A stretch of 64,000 bases of DNA from Stegostoma tigrinum (GCF_030684315.1 NW_026728516.1:620001-684000); one strand, 5' to 3'; counted from the first letter of the stretch, positions 1 through 13,050 are shown. The notes: generated by a model from the letters alone, not told the origin. Program-made: numbers and translations.

Positions 1-368
1 TTGGCCTGACAGGAAGTACAAGTGCTCGATTGTTGTTCCACTACCACGAAACAATTGTCTTCCAAGCTCTTACGATTACAGCTGGGTAGGAGGGAGTTTA
101 ACTCTGAGAAAGGTCTGCAGGCCTTCAAAGAAAGGATCACTGGAAATAGCAAGAGCAGGTGATAGTGACAGGAAACACATTAGATAGAGAACTACAATCG
201 ATGAGCAGTTTCAGAGTCTGCAGAAAATGCATAGAATTGTGGACAGAAGTTATCAAGCTCAGGCTAAAACAGGTCAGCCAGACAGAAAAATTTCCCACAT
301 TATATTTGATGCTATTGAAATTTTGAAGCCTCTGTAAAACATGACCAATTCCCTCATTGACCGACTGG
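1..368 (+). pseudogene. Fragment of the ERV env-like gene, inverted copy of ~7848-8215
   Basis: Reverse complement of 7848-8215 (cctgacaggaagtacaagtgctcga at the window start vs tcgagcacttgtacttcctgtcagg at ~8190). Frameshifted translation gives a heptad-like stretch TIDEQFQSLQKMHRIVDRSYQAQAKTG...IIFDAIEILKPL*NMTNSLIDRLAN. Confidence 0.65.
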
Positions 369-369
369 C

Positions 370-2860
370 TAACATATTAAATGGTGTCAACAGAACATCG
401 AAAAAGCACCATAGCTGGGAGTGGGGACAATAGACGGCTGTAAAAACACAGTAAATATGACTGTAGAGAGATAACCATCCAGTGACCGACGGAAAAGTGA
501 CAGACAGATTACAAAATAGAGCGAAGTTGTGGTTATCTCACCTCAAAATTTGAAGAATATAAACAAGTTTATTTTAATGACCCAGTAAATTTGTAAAGAG
601 ATTGAATTTCACTCTCATCTATGTAATTCGAATAGATGCTGTCTCACTCAGTGAAGAAAATTAGAGACGTAGAGTGTTTAGAGAAGAGACATTAAAGATT
701 TATCCATGAATTAAATACTGGTTCCAAACTCATTGGCCGCATCTGAGTGCGAGGACTTTAAACTAGAACTGCAAGTCGGAGAGACTTTGTTTGATTTCTC
801 AGGCCAAGTGAGAGAGGGGCCGCTCCCAATCTATCAGCTGTCACAGAACTGTAGTAACCTTAAATTAGAGTTTATTTTAAAGAACTTACAATAAGTAGTA
901 GAAATTGATATCATTTCTAATGTCATGAATTCTGGTTAACAGCGAAAATAAAGCCCAACACAAAATTTGGAAGAGTCCTCAGTGATAAGGGAGTATTGAG
1001 GTTATTGGTAATTAATGTGGTGCAGCTGATAAATGTTTGGGAAGGAGTATAAAACTGTCAGGATTGAAATGTGATTTAACAACAGGTATTCTAAAGGCAA
1101 ATAATAAAGGAATCAGGTAAACATCAACAGACTGTGGGAGCACCAAGTTCTGTAAAGCCATTAGCCATGTGTTTACTGGACTGGATGCATCGATTAGGCA
1201 AATATGGCTAACAATTACATTGACATTGTATGTCACTATTGTCATATGAAATGTATAAAAATGCTGCACTTGGTGGGGGGGGGGGGAGTGAGACAGCACC
1301 AGAAAATCTCCCACAATGCATTGCAAAGGAGCTCCGGATAAAGGTTGCCCGTGCTGCTGAACACAGAACACAACACTCCTGTTTGATATTTCACCCGTCC
1401 ACAATTGTGGAGTGTATTTTTCTGACTGGAGTTTGGGGCTAGTGCTGTCCCACAATGATCAGAGCTGAGACCATACATACACGCACACGTACCTATGAGG
1501 TCATGCATTCTGGGAGGCCAATTGCAAGGGGAATGTAAACAATAAATGGAAGATAGCACTGACAGACAGACGAATCTTCAAGTGCAAGTCGAGAGCGCTC
1601 TGATAGTGGCAACACCTATGCATAAAGTGGTAGAGGAGGACTATGGCATGCTTGCTTTCGTCTGTCAGAGGGCTGAATATAAAGTTGTAATTCGCCACCT
1701 TTGGAGTGACGCGTGCAGTTTCGATCACGACATTACAGGAAGGGTGCGGAGGCTTTGGAGAGGTTGCAGAAGAGGTTAACCAGGATTTTGCCCAGCTTGG
1801 ACAAACTTGGGTTATTATCACTACACAAAGTCAATGGCTGAAGGGCGACCTGAGAGGGAGCCAGTGGACAGTCTGAGCCTTTCTCCTCAGGTGAAAATGA
1901 CAAATTCTAGGGGCAAATGGATTAAGGTTAGAGGCGGAAAGTTAAAAAGAGTTGTATGAGGCACATTTCTTATACAGAAAGTGACAGGCGGCCATAATGT
2001 ACTCTCTTGGGAGGTGATAGAAGCAGAAACGATCAATCACGACATTTAAGAGGCAGTTAGGCAGACATATGAACAGGCAGGGAAGAGAGGGATATAGATC
2101 ATGTCCAGGCAGATTGTATTACTTCAGAATGGCATCAATATGATAATAGACGTGATGGGCCAAAGGGCTTCTGCTGCTGCTGTACTGCACTGTTTTCTAC
2201 GTGGCAGGAATTGTGGGGCTATAATTAATATTTTGAATAGAAAACATCTCTTCTTTAGAGCACACAGTGAGTTTATGCATTTTGAGGGAAACAACGTGGA
2301 AGGGAAATATATATTTGAATGGCACAGATGCAAAGAGCAGGGAGCGGGGAGTTACTGTGCACAAATCTTTATTGGAGAGAGAACAGAACCAGAATGCATT
2401 GAGGAGATAGGATGGGACCTTGGGCTTCATTAATGGAACCAGCAGTTTCATCAGAGCCAGACGTGTTCAGCTCTATGACCCAGCACAGTTAGGATAGACG
2501 TGTGACTGTCTCCAGCGGCTATCTCTCTGCCAGATATTCAGCTTTTGGGACTGTTGAAGGACGGAGTCTCTCTGAGGAAATGGAAAGACCATTCGCTTTT
2601 TGGACACTTGGAATGATTCTTGTGTTACGCAGCATTTCACAAGATTTAATGGAATTATTGTTGTAGGGGACTGTCCTGTCAGAGGCCTAAACAGGAGATT
2701 TTGTGGCAGTGAGTGTAAGTTCAGGATGGTTTGTTAATTGCCTGGTGCTATGATTAAGGATGTTTCTAAACATTTCAAGTCTGTTGTGAAAGCTGAGATT
2801 GAGAGGCCAGAAATTAATGGACATATTGATAGCAATAACATTTTTAGTGCATAAGTAGTT
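370..2860 (+). repeat. Left arm of a ~2.4-kb inverted segmental duplication (partner ~3990-6275)
   Basis: Collinear reverse-complement match along its length. The ORF track shows the same peptides on opposite strands (1012..1455- vs 5344..5727+; 2687..2890- vs 3963..4154+; 2124..2333- vs 4395..4910+). Confidence 0.93.
1560..2190 (+). mobile_element. Decayed CR1 LINE 3' end (ORF2 C-terminus + 3'UTR); duplicated on minus at ~4540-5170
   Basis: Remnants of ggctttggagaggttgcagaagagg (ALERVQRRF), gacatttaagaggcagttagg and the 3'UTR gatgggccaaagggc. Confidence 0.8.
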
Positions 2861-2864
2861 ATTA

Positions 2865-3470
2865 TTTAGCTGCCTGACCGGCATACTCATTGCCCTGTTG
2901 TTGTGGGGTTTTTGTTTTCCTGTGAGCTCTAATCTTCATTACTGCTGCTTCTGTCACAAAATTAGCTGCTTCCATCAACTCTTTAATCTGGTCTTCGTGC
3001 TGTATGTGGCCCCCAGACAAGGTGACGTACCCTCGCTGAGGCCAGGCCAATATATGACCATGAACTATACCAAAGACATCAGGACTGTCTGTGTATATGT
3101 TGACTCTCTGGCTCCTGGCTGATGTCAGAGCTTTTAATAGTTGTGCCAGTTCTGAAAATTTTCCACATAATTCCTGCAATAATTAAACATTCCTAAAGCT
3201 TGACTTACTCCTTTCCCAGTGTGTGACTCGGTAGTTTAAAATCGCATTCTTTTGTTTTTTCGGGACTATCCTCTGCCCCTATCTGACTGATATCCCAGAC
3301 ACGTCACTCCCTGTCATCCCAACATGCTTTCTGTGGTTTAATTTTAAGCCCTGCCTGGCTGATGTGACTCAATACTCTATTGAAGATCCAGATGTGCTCT
3401 TTCTGACCAACTGAGGTGATGAGGTCTTGGTAAGATCAATTTGACTAATTCCATGAGCCATACATCGGTG
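2865..3470 (-). pseudogene. Duplicated ERV pol fragment (RT C-terminus + RNase H)
   Basis: ORF 2862..3179- has VNIYTDS...FGIVH...WPQRG...AAVMKIRAH, typical retroviral RNase H motifs. It is a same-strand paralog of ~10705-11310. Confidence 0.85.
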
Positions 3471-4190
3471 CTTGTTTTGTCCATCTCACAGACAAGTTTC
3501 TGCCATAGCCATGAGTTCATAAGCTTTACCTTTAAAACTCCTTGCATTGAAAAGAAAAGTTCTTCAGAGTTACTGCATATTCTGAATCTCTCCTCTTTCT
3601 TTTGTAATTGATGTGCTCTCCTTGCATTCAGAACCTTCCTCATCAATCACCTGTTTACGCTGCTACGTATAATTCCCCCACTCCCCATCTCTGTCAGTAT
3701 AAAGTGTCCTTCAATTGAATGAGCAAAATTCCTTGCTAAGATATTGATCCCTTTACAGTTTATGTCGGACCCATTCTTTTGGAACATGTCTTTGCTATCC
3801 CAAAAGCCATTTGAATTATCCAAAAAGCTGATTCCCTGGACAATACACCAGCTCCTCACCATGACTTTGTCTCCTTTAACCTTGTTCCCCCTACCTCGTT
3901 TGGCACTGGGAGTAAACAAGAAAGTACTAATTGTCAAGTTTTTTTAAAAAAAATCACCTAACGTGCCAAATTCACTGCTTTTAATCTTTTCCCTGAAAAA
4001 TGTCATTGCTATCAATATGTACAATAATTTCTGGCCTCTCAATCTCACCTTCCACAAGAGACTTGAAATGTTTAGAGACATCCTTAATTCTAGCACCAGG
4101 CAATTAACAAACCATCCTAAACTTACACTCACTGCCACAGAATCTCCTGTTTAAGCCTCTGACAGGACAGCCCCCTACAACAATAATTCT
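3470..4190 (-). mobile_element. CR1 ORF1 SGNH-esterase remnant (inverted partner at ~2650-2860 +)
   Basis: ORF 3647..3937- VRSWC..QGISFLD..GFWDSKDMFQKNG.DINCKGINILARNF matches the CR1 ORF1 esterase C-terminal pattern. An IVVGD...V.CLPGA-like motif is at ~2655-2760 (+). Confidence 0.75.
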
Positions 4191-6275
4191 GGAGACATTC
4201 TTACTTATCCTAACAGTCACTCAACTATCTGACTGATCCTGTTGGGTTGTAGAGCTGAACACATGTCGGACTCTGATGAAGCTGCTGGTTCCATTAATGA
4301 AGCCCAAGATCCCATACAGTTTTCTCAATGCATTTTGATTATATTCTCTCTCCGATTAAAGATTTGCACATAGTAAGTTCCCGCTCCCTGTTCGTTGCAT
4401 TTGAGCCATTCAAATATACATTCCCCTTCCACGTTGTTTCCCTCAAAATGCATAAACTCAGTGTGTTCTAAAGAAGAGATGTTTTCTACTCAAAATATTA
4501 ACTGCAGCTCGACTATTCCTGCCATGCAGTCAACAGGACAGTACATCACCGGAAGAAGCCCTTTGGCCCACCACGTCTATTCTAATACTGATGTATTACT
4601 TCAGAATGGCAACCTGCCTGTACGTGATCTATATCCCTCTCTTCCCTGCCTGTTCGTATGTCTGCCTAAATGCCTCTTAAATGTTGTGATTGATCGTTTC
4701 TGCTTCTATCACCTCCCAAGAGAGTACATTGTGGCCACCTATCACCTTCTGTATAAGAAACGTGCCACACACACCACCTTTAAACTTTCCCCCCTCTCAC
4801 CTTCATCGTATTGCCCTCAGAATTTGTCATTTTTCACCTTTGTCAAAAGGCTCAGACTGTCCACTCTCTCCCTCTCAGGTCGCCCATCAGCCATTGACTC
4901 TGTGCAGTGATAACGATCCAAGTTTGTCCAAGCTGGGCAAAATCCTGGTAAACCTCTTCTGCAACCTCTCCAAAGCCTCTGCGCCCTTCCTGTAACGTAG
5001 TGATCGAAACTGCACACGTCACTCCAAAGGTGGCTGAATTACAACTTTATGTTCAGCCCTCTGACAGAAGAAAGCAAGCATGCTGTCATCCTCCATTACC
5101 ACTTTATGCACATGCGCTGCCACTATCAGAGAGCTATGGACTTAGTCCTGAAGATACGTCTGTATATCAGTGCTACTCAGGGTTCTTCCATTTTTTGTCT
5201 ACACTCCCCTTGCAATTGACCTCCCAGAATGCATGACCTCATAGTTACGTGCGCGTGTATGTATGGTCTCAGCTCTGATCGTTGTGGGACAGCACTAGCC
5301 CCTGATCTCCAGTCATAAAAATACACTCCACAACTGTTGACAGGTGAAATATCAAACAGAAGCCTTGTGTTTTGTGTTGAGCAGCACAAGCAACCTTAAT
5401 GCGCAGCTCCTTTACAATGCATTGTGGGAGAGTTTCTGGTGCACTATCACTCCCCCATCCTCAAACCAAGTGCAGCATTCTTCTGCATTGACATTGTATG
5501 TCATTACTGTAACGTGTAGTGTAACTGTTAGCCACATTTGCCGAATCGATGCATCTAGTCTAGTAAACACATGGCTAATGGCTCTACAGAACTTGGTGCT
5601 CCCACAGTCTGTTGATGTTTACCTGATTCCTTTATTATTTGCCTTTAGAATACCTGTTGTTAAATCACATTTCAATCCTGACAGTTTTATACTCCTTCCC
5701 AAACATTTACCAGCTGCACCACATTAATTACCAATAACCTCAATACTCCCTTATCACTGAGGACTCTTCCAAATTTTGTGTTGGGCTTTATTTTCACTGT
5801 TGACCCGAATTCATGAGATTAGAAATGACATTAATTTCTACTACTTATTCTAAGTTCTTTAAAATAATCTCTAATTTAAGGTTACTACAGTTCTGTGAGA
5901 GCTGACAGATTGGCCAGTGAGTTTTGAATCAGTATGTAACTCATGGATAAATCTTTACTGTCTCTTCTCTAAACACTCTGCATCACTAATTTTCTTTACT
6001 TAGTGAGACAACCTCTATTCGAATTACACAGATAAGTGAAATTTAATCTCTTCACAAATTTACCGAGTCATTAAAAGAAACTTGTTTATATTTTTCAAAT
6101 TTCTAGGTGACATAACTGCATTTTCACTCTATTTTGTAATTTGTCTCTGTCACTTTTCCACTGATCACTGGATGGTTTCCTCTCTGCAGCCCTAATTACT
6201 GCATTTTTACAGCCGTCATTTGTCCCCACTCCTGGCTATGTTGCTTTTTCGATGTTCTGTTTACACCATTTAATA
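3990..6275 (-). repeat. Right arm of the inverted segmental duplication
   Basis: Reverse complement of ~370-2860, with indels (for example it lacks ~739-826). Confidence 0.93.
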
Positions 6276-6829
6276 CTTTATCTTTCCTGCAATGAAATAG
6301 CCCTCATTTCAGTGCCGACAAACATTTACTCAAGAAGCTTAGGTAACTCTTTGACACTTTTTTTTGTGTTTGCCTTTCTGATTTACAACTAACTAAAAAG
6401 TTCAGACTACTGTAGGATCAGACTTCTCTTTTTAAATTTTACTAAATAACAAACTTGGGACTGTGGCTTAGCTTAGCTTTTCAAAAATGTCCCCAATTAA
6501 AATGCTTGCACGTTTAGAACTACCTGTTGACAGAAATTACAGAGAATCTTATGCGGTATCTCTGTATGGAGAGTACAGGTCTAGCTGAGAAAATCTGTGA
6601 TGCACATCTGGAAATCCCTTTTGACCATTTTATGACAGCTAAAATCCCCGAACAGCCATTTTTAGTCAACTTTAATCATTGGCTGCACCAGCAACTCGCT
6701 CCTCTAAGCACTTGACTTAAATGCTAAGCAGGCCTATGTAACTTATGGGATATATTTACTCTCCCTGATGTTTTACCTGATGGGGAAATCCTTCAGCTCC
6801 CATGTTTCTCTGTGCTGTGGCCCTTTGGT

Positions 6830-9060
6830 ACATCATTATTCTTACACACCAGTGTTATGAACACAATCAAACATTGAATTGTATTCCTTCTAGTACATGG
6901 GATATGATCTGGATCATGGGTGTGTATTTGGGTAATCAGTCCCCTGTCCTTCGTCTGATTTATCCAGTTCTGTTGTTTTAATTCCCTGTCTGCTTGAGCT
7001 GCAGGAGTTTAAATCTTTTGTATGTTCAGATCATTGAATAACTTCTTCAGCTCCTTCCACAGCCTTTAACCAATCTGCAGTCACATGTGGAATCAGTGGT
7101 AAATCCATCACCATGGACTGTAATGAATCTCAATCCACTTCATGTTGCTGGTTAGTAAGATGAATCACTGCCTGTCTCACCGGCTTAGGCCCGGTCTACC
7201 ACTGATGGTAATGTTCTTTGTTGGGTATTGACAGCAACATTGACCTTGCATGGCTTTGTTCCTTCCTTTAATAGCTGGCTGCCATCACTAGATAATACCT
7301 CGATCTGACCAGGGTGTACTACAAGAAGGACCAGTTGATCACCAGCAAATAATAGATTGTGGACAGTTGCCATAACTTACAAAACCACAAGCTGTAAATC
7401 TTTGGTCATTTCATCCCGACATGACCAGTGATCCCCTCCTTGTTGACGCCTCGTTTAGTCAATTCCCTTTTTCATTTTTTATGATAACCATGTGAGTGGG
7501 AGTGTCTTTTCGTGATATCCAAGTCCCTTCATGGTATCTCCTAATATTGTGGACATTCTTTAGGGTGGCTTTATAATTGACCCATGTTTGGGGATGTGTA
7601 ACATTACCCTGATACAATATTCCTCCTCATCAATGGTCTCCGTGCCCAATAATCTGCTGGCAAGGGTGAAATACCAAAGGTGTGCCAGGAATATGTTCTG
7701 TCCTACCCATTCTCACAGTTGCTCATTGGTCACCCAGTTGGCGATTTGGTGCATGTCCAATTTCATCAGATTTGTACTGATCATTGTCAACAGCCAGCTG
7801 CCGTAGGTTGTGCATGTCTGCATGATATGTTCTTCCTGAGATGTGTTAGCCAGTCGGTCATTGATTGTATTGGTCATATTTTACAGAGGCTTCAAAATTT
7901 CAAAGGCATCTAATATAATGTGTGAGGTCTTTCTGTCGAGATGACCTGTTTTAGCCTGATCTTTATAACCTCAGTCTACAATTCTGAGCATTTTCTGCAG
8001 ACTCTGAAACTGCTCATCTATTGTAGATCTCTATCTAATGTGTTTACTGTCACTATCACCTGCTCTTGCTCTTTCCAATTATCCTTTCTTTTAAAGCCTG
8101 CAGACCTTTCTCAGATTTAAACCGTCTCCTACCCAGCTGTAATCGTAAGAGCTTGGAAGACAATTGTTCTGTGGTAGTAGAACACCACTCGAGCACTTGT
8201 ACTTCCTGTCAGGTCAAAACCGACATGCACAAGCTTATATCCTTGCACAACAGTCACACTTTGTCCTGTATGTTCCATTACTGTCCCAGACCAGAGATCC
8301 TGCTGGCCTTCGCAATGTTTTGGTTCAGAAGTGAAAGTTACAGTCTCCGGGCTTGGAGTCATGGTCACATTTTGCCTTGTAATGGTGACATTGGTAACAC
8401 TTGGTGAGAATCCTTAGACCCTGTGTAAAGTATGCCACCACGCAGCCTGTTTAAACCAATTACTAACAAATTCAATTCTTCCCCTTTCAGGCTCATACGT
8501 ACACTAAATCCATTGCGATACATGAGCATACAGTTTGCAGGTAACATAAAGTACTCTGGACACATAAAGCATATTGCCATTCCACTTTGTCCGCACACAA
8601 ACCTGACTGGTCTTTGTCCTAATCCCATAATTCAGGCTTGATTATATGGAATACTTTTGGGGTCCATATTAATCGATTTGCTTTCATTCTTATTTCAGTT
8701 CGCTGCGTGCCTGCCACAGCCAGCTTCACCCCTTCCCTTTCCATACTGCCATAAAACACATTTCCATCACTATCGCTCCCAGGGTCATGCCCTGCCCAGG
8801 ATTCACAATTTAACATTCCCATTACATAGCCACATATACAATCAAACTTCCCTCCCTCTGGTTCAGTTGCTTTCAGAATCCAGGAATAATTCCCAAAGCG
8901 GGTGATGGAGGTGACCACCAGCCTGTAAAGGACAGGAACCCAACACAACTTGCCGTAATGGTTAATGATCATGTTTGGACTTTGCATCACTTCAGTTGGG
9001 ACCATTGCTTCCATTTTGGACCCCGCTTTAATATCAACAAGAGTGCACATTTCACCTGTA
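6830..9060 (-). pseudogene. env: env-like glycoprotein pseudogene
   Basis: Lies directly 3' of integrase. Cys-containing ORF remnants (8619..9050, 8365..8628, 8129..8368) are followed by a heptad-like helix, CTTYGSWLLTMISTNLMKLDMHQIANWVTNEQL, and a C-terminal hydrophobic HP(W)IQIISHVL..IQ..IVFITLVC anchor (manual, frameshift-tolerant translation). Confidence 0.6.
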
Positions 9061-9099
9061 ATTATAACCGAGTAGGGTCTGACCCATCATGGTGCAGTG

Positions 9100-9660
9100 C
9101 CAGACGATCGGATAATATTTTCACCAGGACCTGATCTCCTGGATTAAGAATGCCAGCTCAGATGTTTCTATGCTCCTTTTCCCAACCTCTGATTCCCTGT
9201 CCGTCTGCAACTTCCCCTCTCAGCTCATGTAGCTGTTTTGCCAGTTCTTTCACAGATCGTTTCGCCCTATCATTTCCATTGCACGTATCTGTCTGTTCTC
9301 CTACCATGTCCTCTCGCAGCTGCATAGCCTATCCAGTCACACATTCACAAGGGGGTCAGCCTCGTTCGCTTTGCTGGGGTTAACCTCAGTTTGATGAGAA
9401 TGGTGGGGTGTACACTAAACCAATCTTGCCTTGTCTCTTTCAGGGCCTTCGACCAGTTTTCAGTGTTCGGTTAATTTGTTCTCCTTGAACTTTTGGGCTG
9501 GTATGGGAGATGGATTTTGTGTTCAGTACCAAACAGCACACGTACTTGTTTAATTACTTTCCCTGTAAAATGAGTCCCTTTTTCAGAATCTGCAGGGAAA
9601 TGCTTCCACCCACCCAGTAAGTCTCAGGTGAAGCGACCATGCTAAATTACTGATAGGGAT
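9100..9660 (-). pseudogene. pol: Retroviral integrase catalytic core remnant
   Basis: Manual minus-strand translation: GWVEAFP...SEKGTHFTGKVIKQV..LFGTEHKIHLPYQPKSS...INRTLKT...DW..VHPTILIKLRLTP.KRTRLTP.E.VTG, an rve-type pattern. Confidence 0.85.
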
Positions 9661-9799
9661 GTGCAGGCTCAATCAGTTGATGTGATAATCGTGGGCTTAC
9701 AGGCATAGGGTGGACTGGGTCCCTCTTCAAAGCGTCAGTGTGGCCTTGATGGGCTGAATGACCCATCCTGAATGTAGGTGTTCTATAAATCTATGATCT

Positions 9800-10270
9800 G
9801 AGGAAAGACTGGATCAGCAGGGTTAGAGACTGGATCGACTGGGTGTGTACTCATTGGAATTTAGTAGAATGGGTCGGTTGCGGGGGGGGGGGGGGGGGAC
9901 GGCATAGAAACATAAAATTCTAATGACCCTGGATGGGCTAGATGCAGAAAGAATGTTCCGGATGATCAGGAAATCTAGAAAACTGGGCGGGTCACAATCT
10001 AAGAAAAAAACATTCAGGACTGAGATGAGGAAGAATTTCTTCACCGAGTGTGATCCTGTGGAATTCTCTCCCACAGAAGATGTTGGGGCCAATTAATTAG
10101 ATTTATTCGAGAGGGAGCTGGTCGTTTCTGTTGTGGCTAAAGGGAAGGAGGAGTATGGAGCGATGGCAGGAATGGGTGACTGAGATTACACAATCAGTCA
10201 TGATCATATAGTATGGTTGTGCAGGCTCAAAGGGCCAAATAGCTGCCTCCTACTTTTTTGTTTCTATATA
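9800..10270 (+). mobile_element. CR1 3' fragment inserted in the integrase, preceded by a short SINE/CR1 tail at ~9700-9797
   Basis: tactcattggaatttagtagaat, aggactgagatgaggaagaatttcttcac and the 3'UTR ggctcaaagggccaaatagc. It separates the IN zinc finger from the IN core. Confidence 0.8.
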
Positions 10271-10339
10271 TTTAGCCCATTCAGCATTTTTTGGGGGGTA
10301 AGGAGCCCATAGAATACATCCGCAATTGTTCCCATGAGC

Positions 10340-10990
10340 CCCCTGGGTTATGGCTGCTGTCTGCATTTAATCTTGATTGTTTTCCCTGACTCTGTGTGCA
10401 CAGACTCCATGTCTTTGATCACACTTTATTATATCGTTCCCTACTCCAGGCCACCACCAACAACGAGTCGTCTGATATTGCATTTTATCCCACCCAGTAT
10501 GGGCCAGCCGAGGATATGTGGTGGCACGATCTGATCCTACATCTTCCTGACTCCATCTTGCTCTCTCATTGCCCCACCCTTTTCCCATTCACATTTCTCG
10601 TGTTGTGGGGCTGTTTCTTGAAATGTCGTCAAACTTACTTCTCTTCCTCCAGTAACTGCTGGCACTGCCACTTCCTCAAATATCTGTACTTTTTCAGTAA
10701 GTATTTCAGCTGCCTGACCCACATACTCAATGCCCTGTTGTTGTGGGGTTTCTCCTTTCCTGTGAGCTCTAATCTTCATTACTGCTGCTTCTGTCACAAA
10801 ATTAGCTGCTTCCCTCAACTCTTTAATCCGTTCTTCGTGCTGTATGTGCCCCCCCAGGCAAGGTGACGTACCCTTGCTGAGGCCAGGCCAATATATGGCC
10901 ATGAACTGTACCAAAGGCATAAGGCATGTCAGTGTATATGTTGACTCACTGGCTCCTGGCTGATGTCACGGTTTTTAATGGTTCTGCTAG
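10340..10990 (-). pseudogene. pol: RNase H and integrase zinc-finger remnant
   Basis: ORF 10537..10920- GGHIQHEERIKELREAA...AAVMKIRAH...GIEYVGQAAE. ORF 10367..10588- LAHTGWDKM...WWWPGVGNDI.KC...GVCAH is a degenerate HHCC region. Confidence 0.85.
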
Positions 10991-11039
10991 TTCTAAAACT
11001 TTTCTGCATAACTCCCACAATAATTAAACAACCCTCAAG

Positions 11040-11640
11040 TTTGTCTTACTCCTTTCACGGTCAGTGACTGGGTAGTTTAAAATCGCATTCTTTCATCCCC
11101 CTGGGGCTATCCTAAATCCCTACCTGACGATATCCCAGATACCCTCCTCCCTGTTGGCCCAACTGCACTTTCTGTGGTTTAATTTTAAGCCCTGCCTGGC
11201 TGATGTGATTCAATTCTCTGTTGAAGATCCGGATATGTTCTTTCTGACCGACTGAGGTGATGAGGTCTTGGTAAGATCAATTTGGCTAATTCCATGAGCC
11301 ATATGTTGGTGGAATATGACTGGTCCATTGTGGAATTGCTGAAACAACTGTGACCATGTATACTGTTTTCCTCAGAATAAACAACAGCTGTTCTGGGATT
11401 CCAGGTCCACAGGTACAGACCTGGACTGAGATAGTACCCTGTTGCGATTTCAGCCCATTATGTACAGTGTGCTTTTGCTACTGTAGGATACTCTTCAGTG
11501 ACAGATGTGTTCAGGGAGGTATAATCAATAGGGAGGCAATCTGAGTCATCAGGCTTCAGTGAATTAGTTTGGGATGCTGTCAGTCTGACTCTGACCTCCT
11601 TCATCCAGTTGTTCATGATCACAATTACTGCCTCCTCAGC
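11040..11640 (-). pseudogene. pol: Reverse transcriptase remnant (internally deleted)
   Basis: Manual translation GKQYTWSQLFQQFHNGPVIFHQHM resembles QYTWxRLPQGFxNSP, and GLKIKPQKVQLGQ....YLGY resembles the following RT motif. YxDD was not found. Confidence 0.75.
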
Positions 11641-12074
11641 CCCAGCTTTGATGGGGTACTGTTTATGTGGTGGAATGAGAGGGCCCTTGATCTTTTACAG
11701 GGTTTACAGATAATAACCCATATTCCTGTTTGAGAGTGGGTCCCAGGTGTAACTCCCCAGATTGCCTGACTGTCCCAGTCTCCCGACAGTGTAGGTACTC
11801 TGGAGATGCAGCCTGTCTTTTTCCTCCTGCCCCTGTCCTGGCCGTCATAGTTCGGGTTTCTACAGCGTAAGATGTTCCTTGTTGTTTTCAAAGATCAACT
11901 CCCAGAATTATCCTTATCTCATTTTCACACATGTCACATTCCAAATGTGCATCTGAAACAGTTCACTTCATCTCGCTTCCTCAGTTCCTCCTGCAGCTCC
12001 TTTCATTGCAGTGGTTGGGGTGGTGAGGGTCACATCTATATGGTTATGTTGGTATTTGTTTCTGTCAATTGTCA

Positions 12075-13050
12075 CAGAATCATAAAGATGTGCAGCATGG
12101 AAATAGACCCTTCAGTCCAAGTCGTTCATGCCAAGCAAACATCCTAAATTAATCTCATCCCATGTGCCAGCATTTCGCCCATGTCGCCTTAAACCCCTCC
12201 TATTCATATACCCATTCAGATGACTTATAAATGTTGTAATTGAGCTAGCATCTACCACTTCCTCTGGCAGCTCATTACATATATGCACCACCCTCTGCGT
12301 GAAAATGTCGCCCCTTAGATCCCTTTTAAATCTTTCCCCCTCACCTTAAACCTATTCCCTCCAGTTTTGGACTCCAAACCCTTGGGACAAGATCTTGACT
12401 ATTCACCCAATGCATGTTTGTCATGACAGTATAAGCCTCCGTAAGCGCCCCCCCCCAACCCCCCAGCGTACAACATTCCAGGGGAAATAGCCCCAACCTA
12501 TTCAGCTTCTCCCTTCAGATCAAACCTGCCAATCATGGCAACGTCCTTGTAAATATTTTTCTGAATCTTTCAAATTTCACAACATCCTTCCTGTAACGGG
12601 GAGATCAGAATTGAATGCACTATTCTAAAAGTAGCCTAACCGATGTCCAGTGTGTCTGCAACATGACACACTAACTCCTAGATTCAAGGCACTGACCTGT
12701 AAAGGCAAACGTACCAAATACCTTCCTCACTCCCTTGTCTACCTGCAACTCCACTTTCAAGAAACTATGAATTTGCACTCCAAGTTCTCTTTAAGTGGTA
12801 ACACTCCCAGGGCCTTACGATTGAGTCCATAACTTCTGCATTGATTTGCCTTCCTAAAACGAAATATTTCATATTAATCCAAATTAACCTTCATCTGCCA
12901 CCCCTCAGCTCATTGGCCCATGTGATGAGGGTCTTATTGTACTCTCGAAATAAACTCCTTCACTTTCCATTGCACCACTACTTTTGATGTTATCTGCAAA
13001 CATACCTTCTCTATTCACGTGCACGTCACTTATGTAAATGACAAAAAAAC
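12075..13050 (-). mobile_element. CR1 LINE 3' fragment inserted in the ERV
   Basis: Tail acagaatcataaagatg, then cacttcctctggcagctcatt, ccctcaccttaaacctat and ttatctgcaaa (FAD on minus). Confidence 0.85.

Noticed and set aside
1012-1455. Conserved duplicated protein (with 5344..5727)
   Set aside because: Identity reflects the DNA inverted duplication and conversion tract; there is no recognisable domain and the N-terminal parts differ in frame.
6275-6830. 3' LTR of the ERV
   Set aside because: The position is plausible, but no matching 5' copy near 13.7 kb, TG..CA termini, PPT or TSD could be identified.
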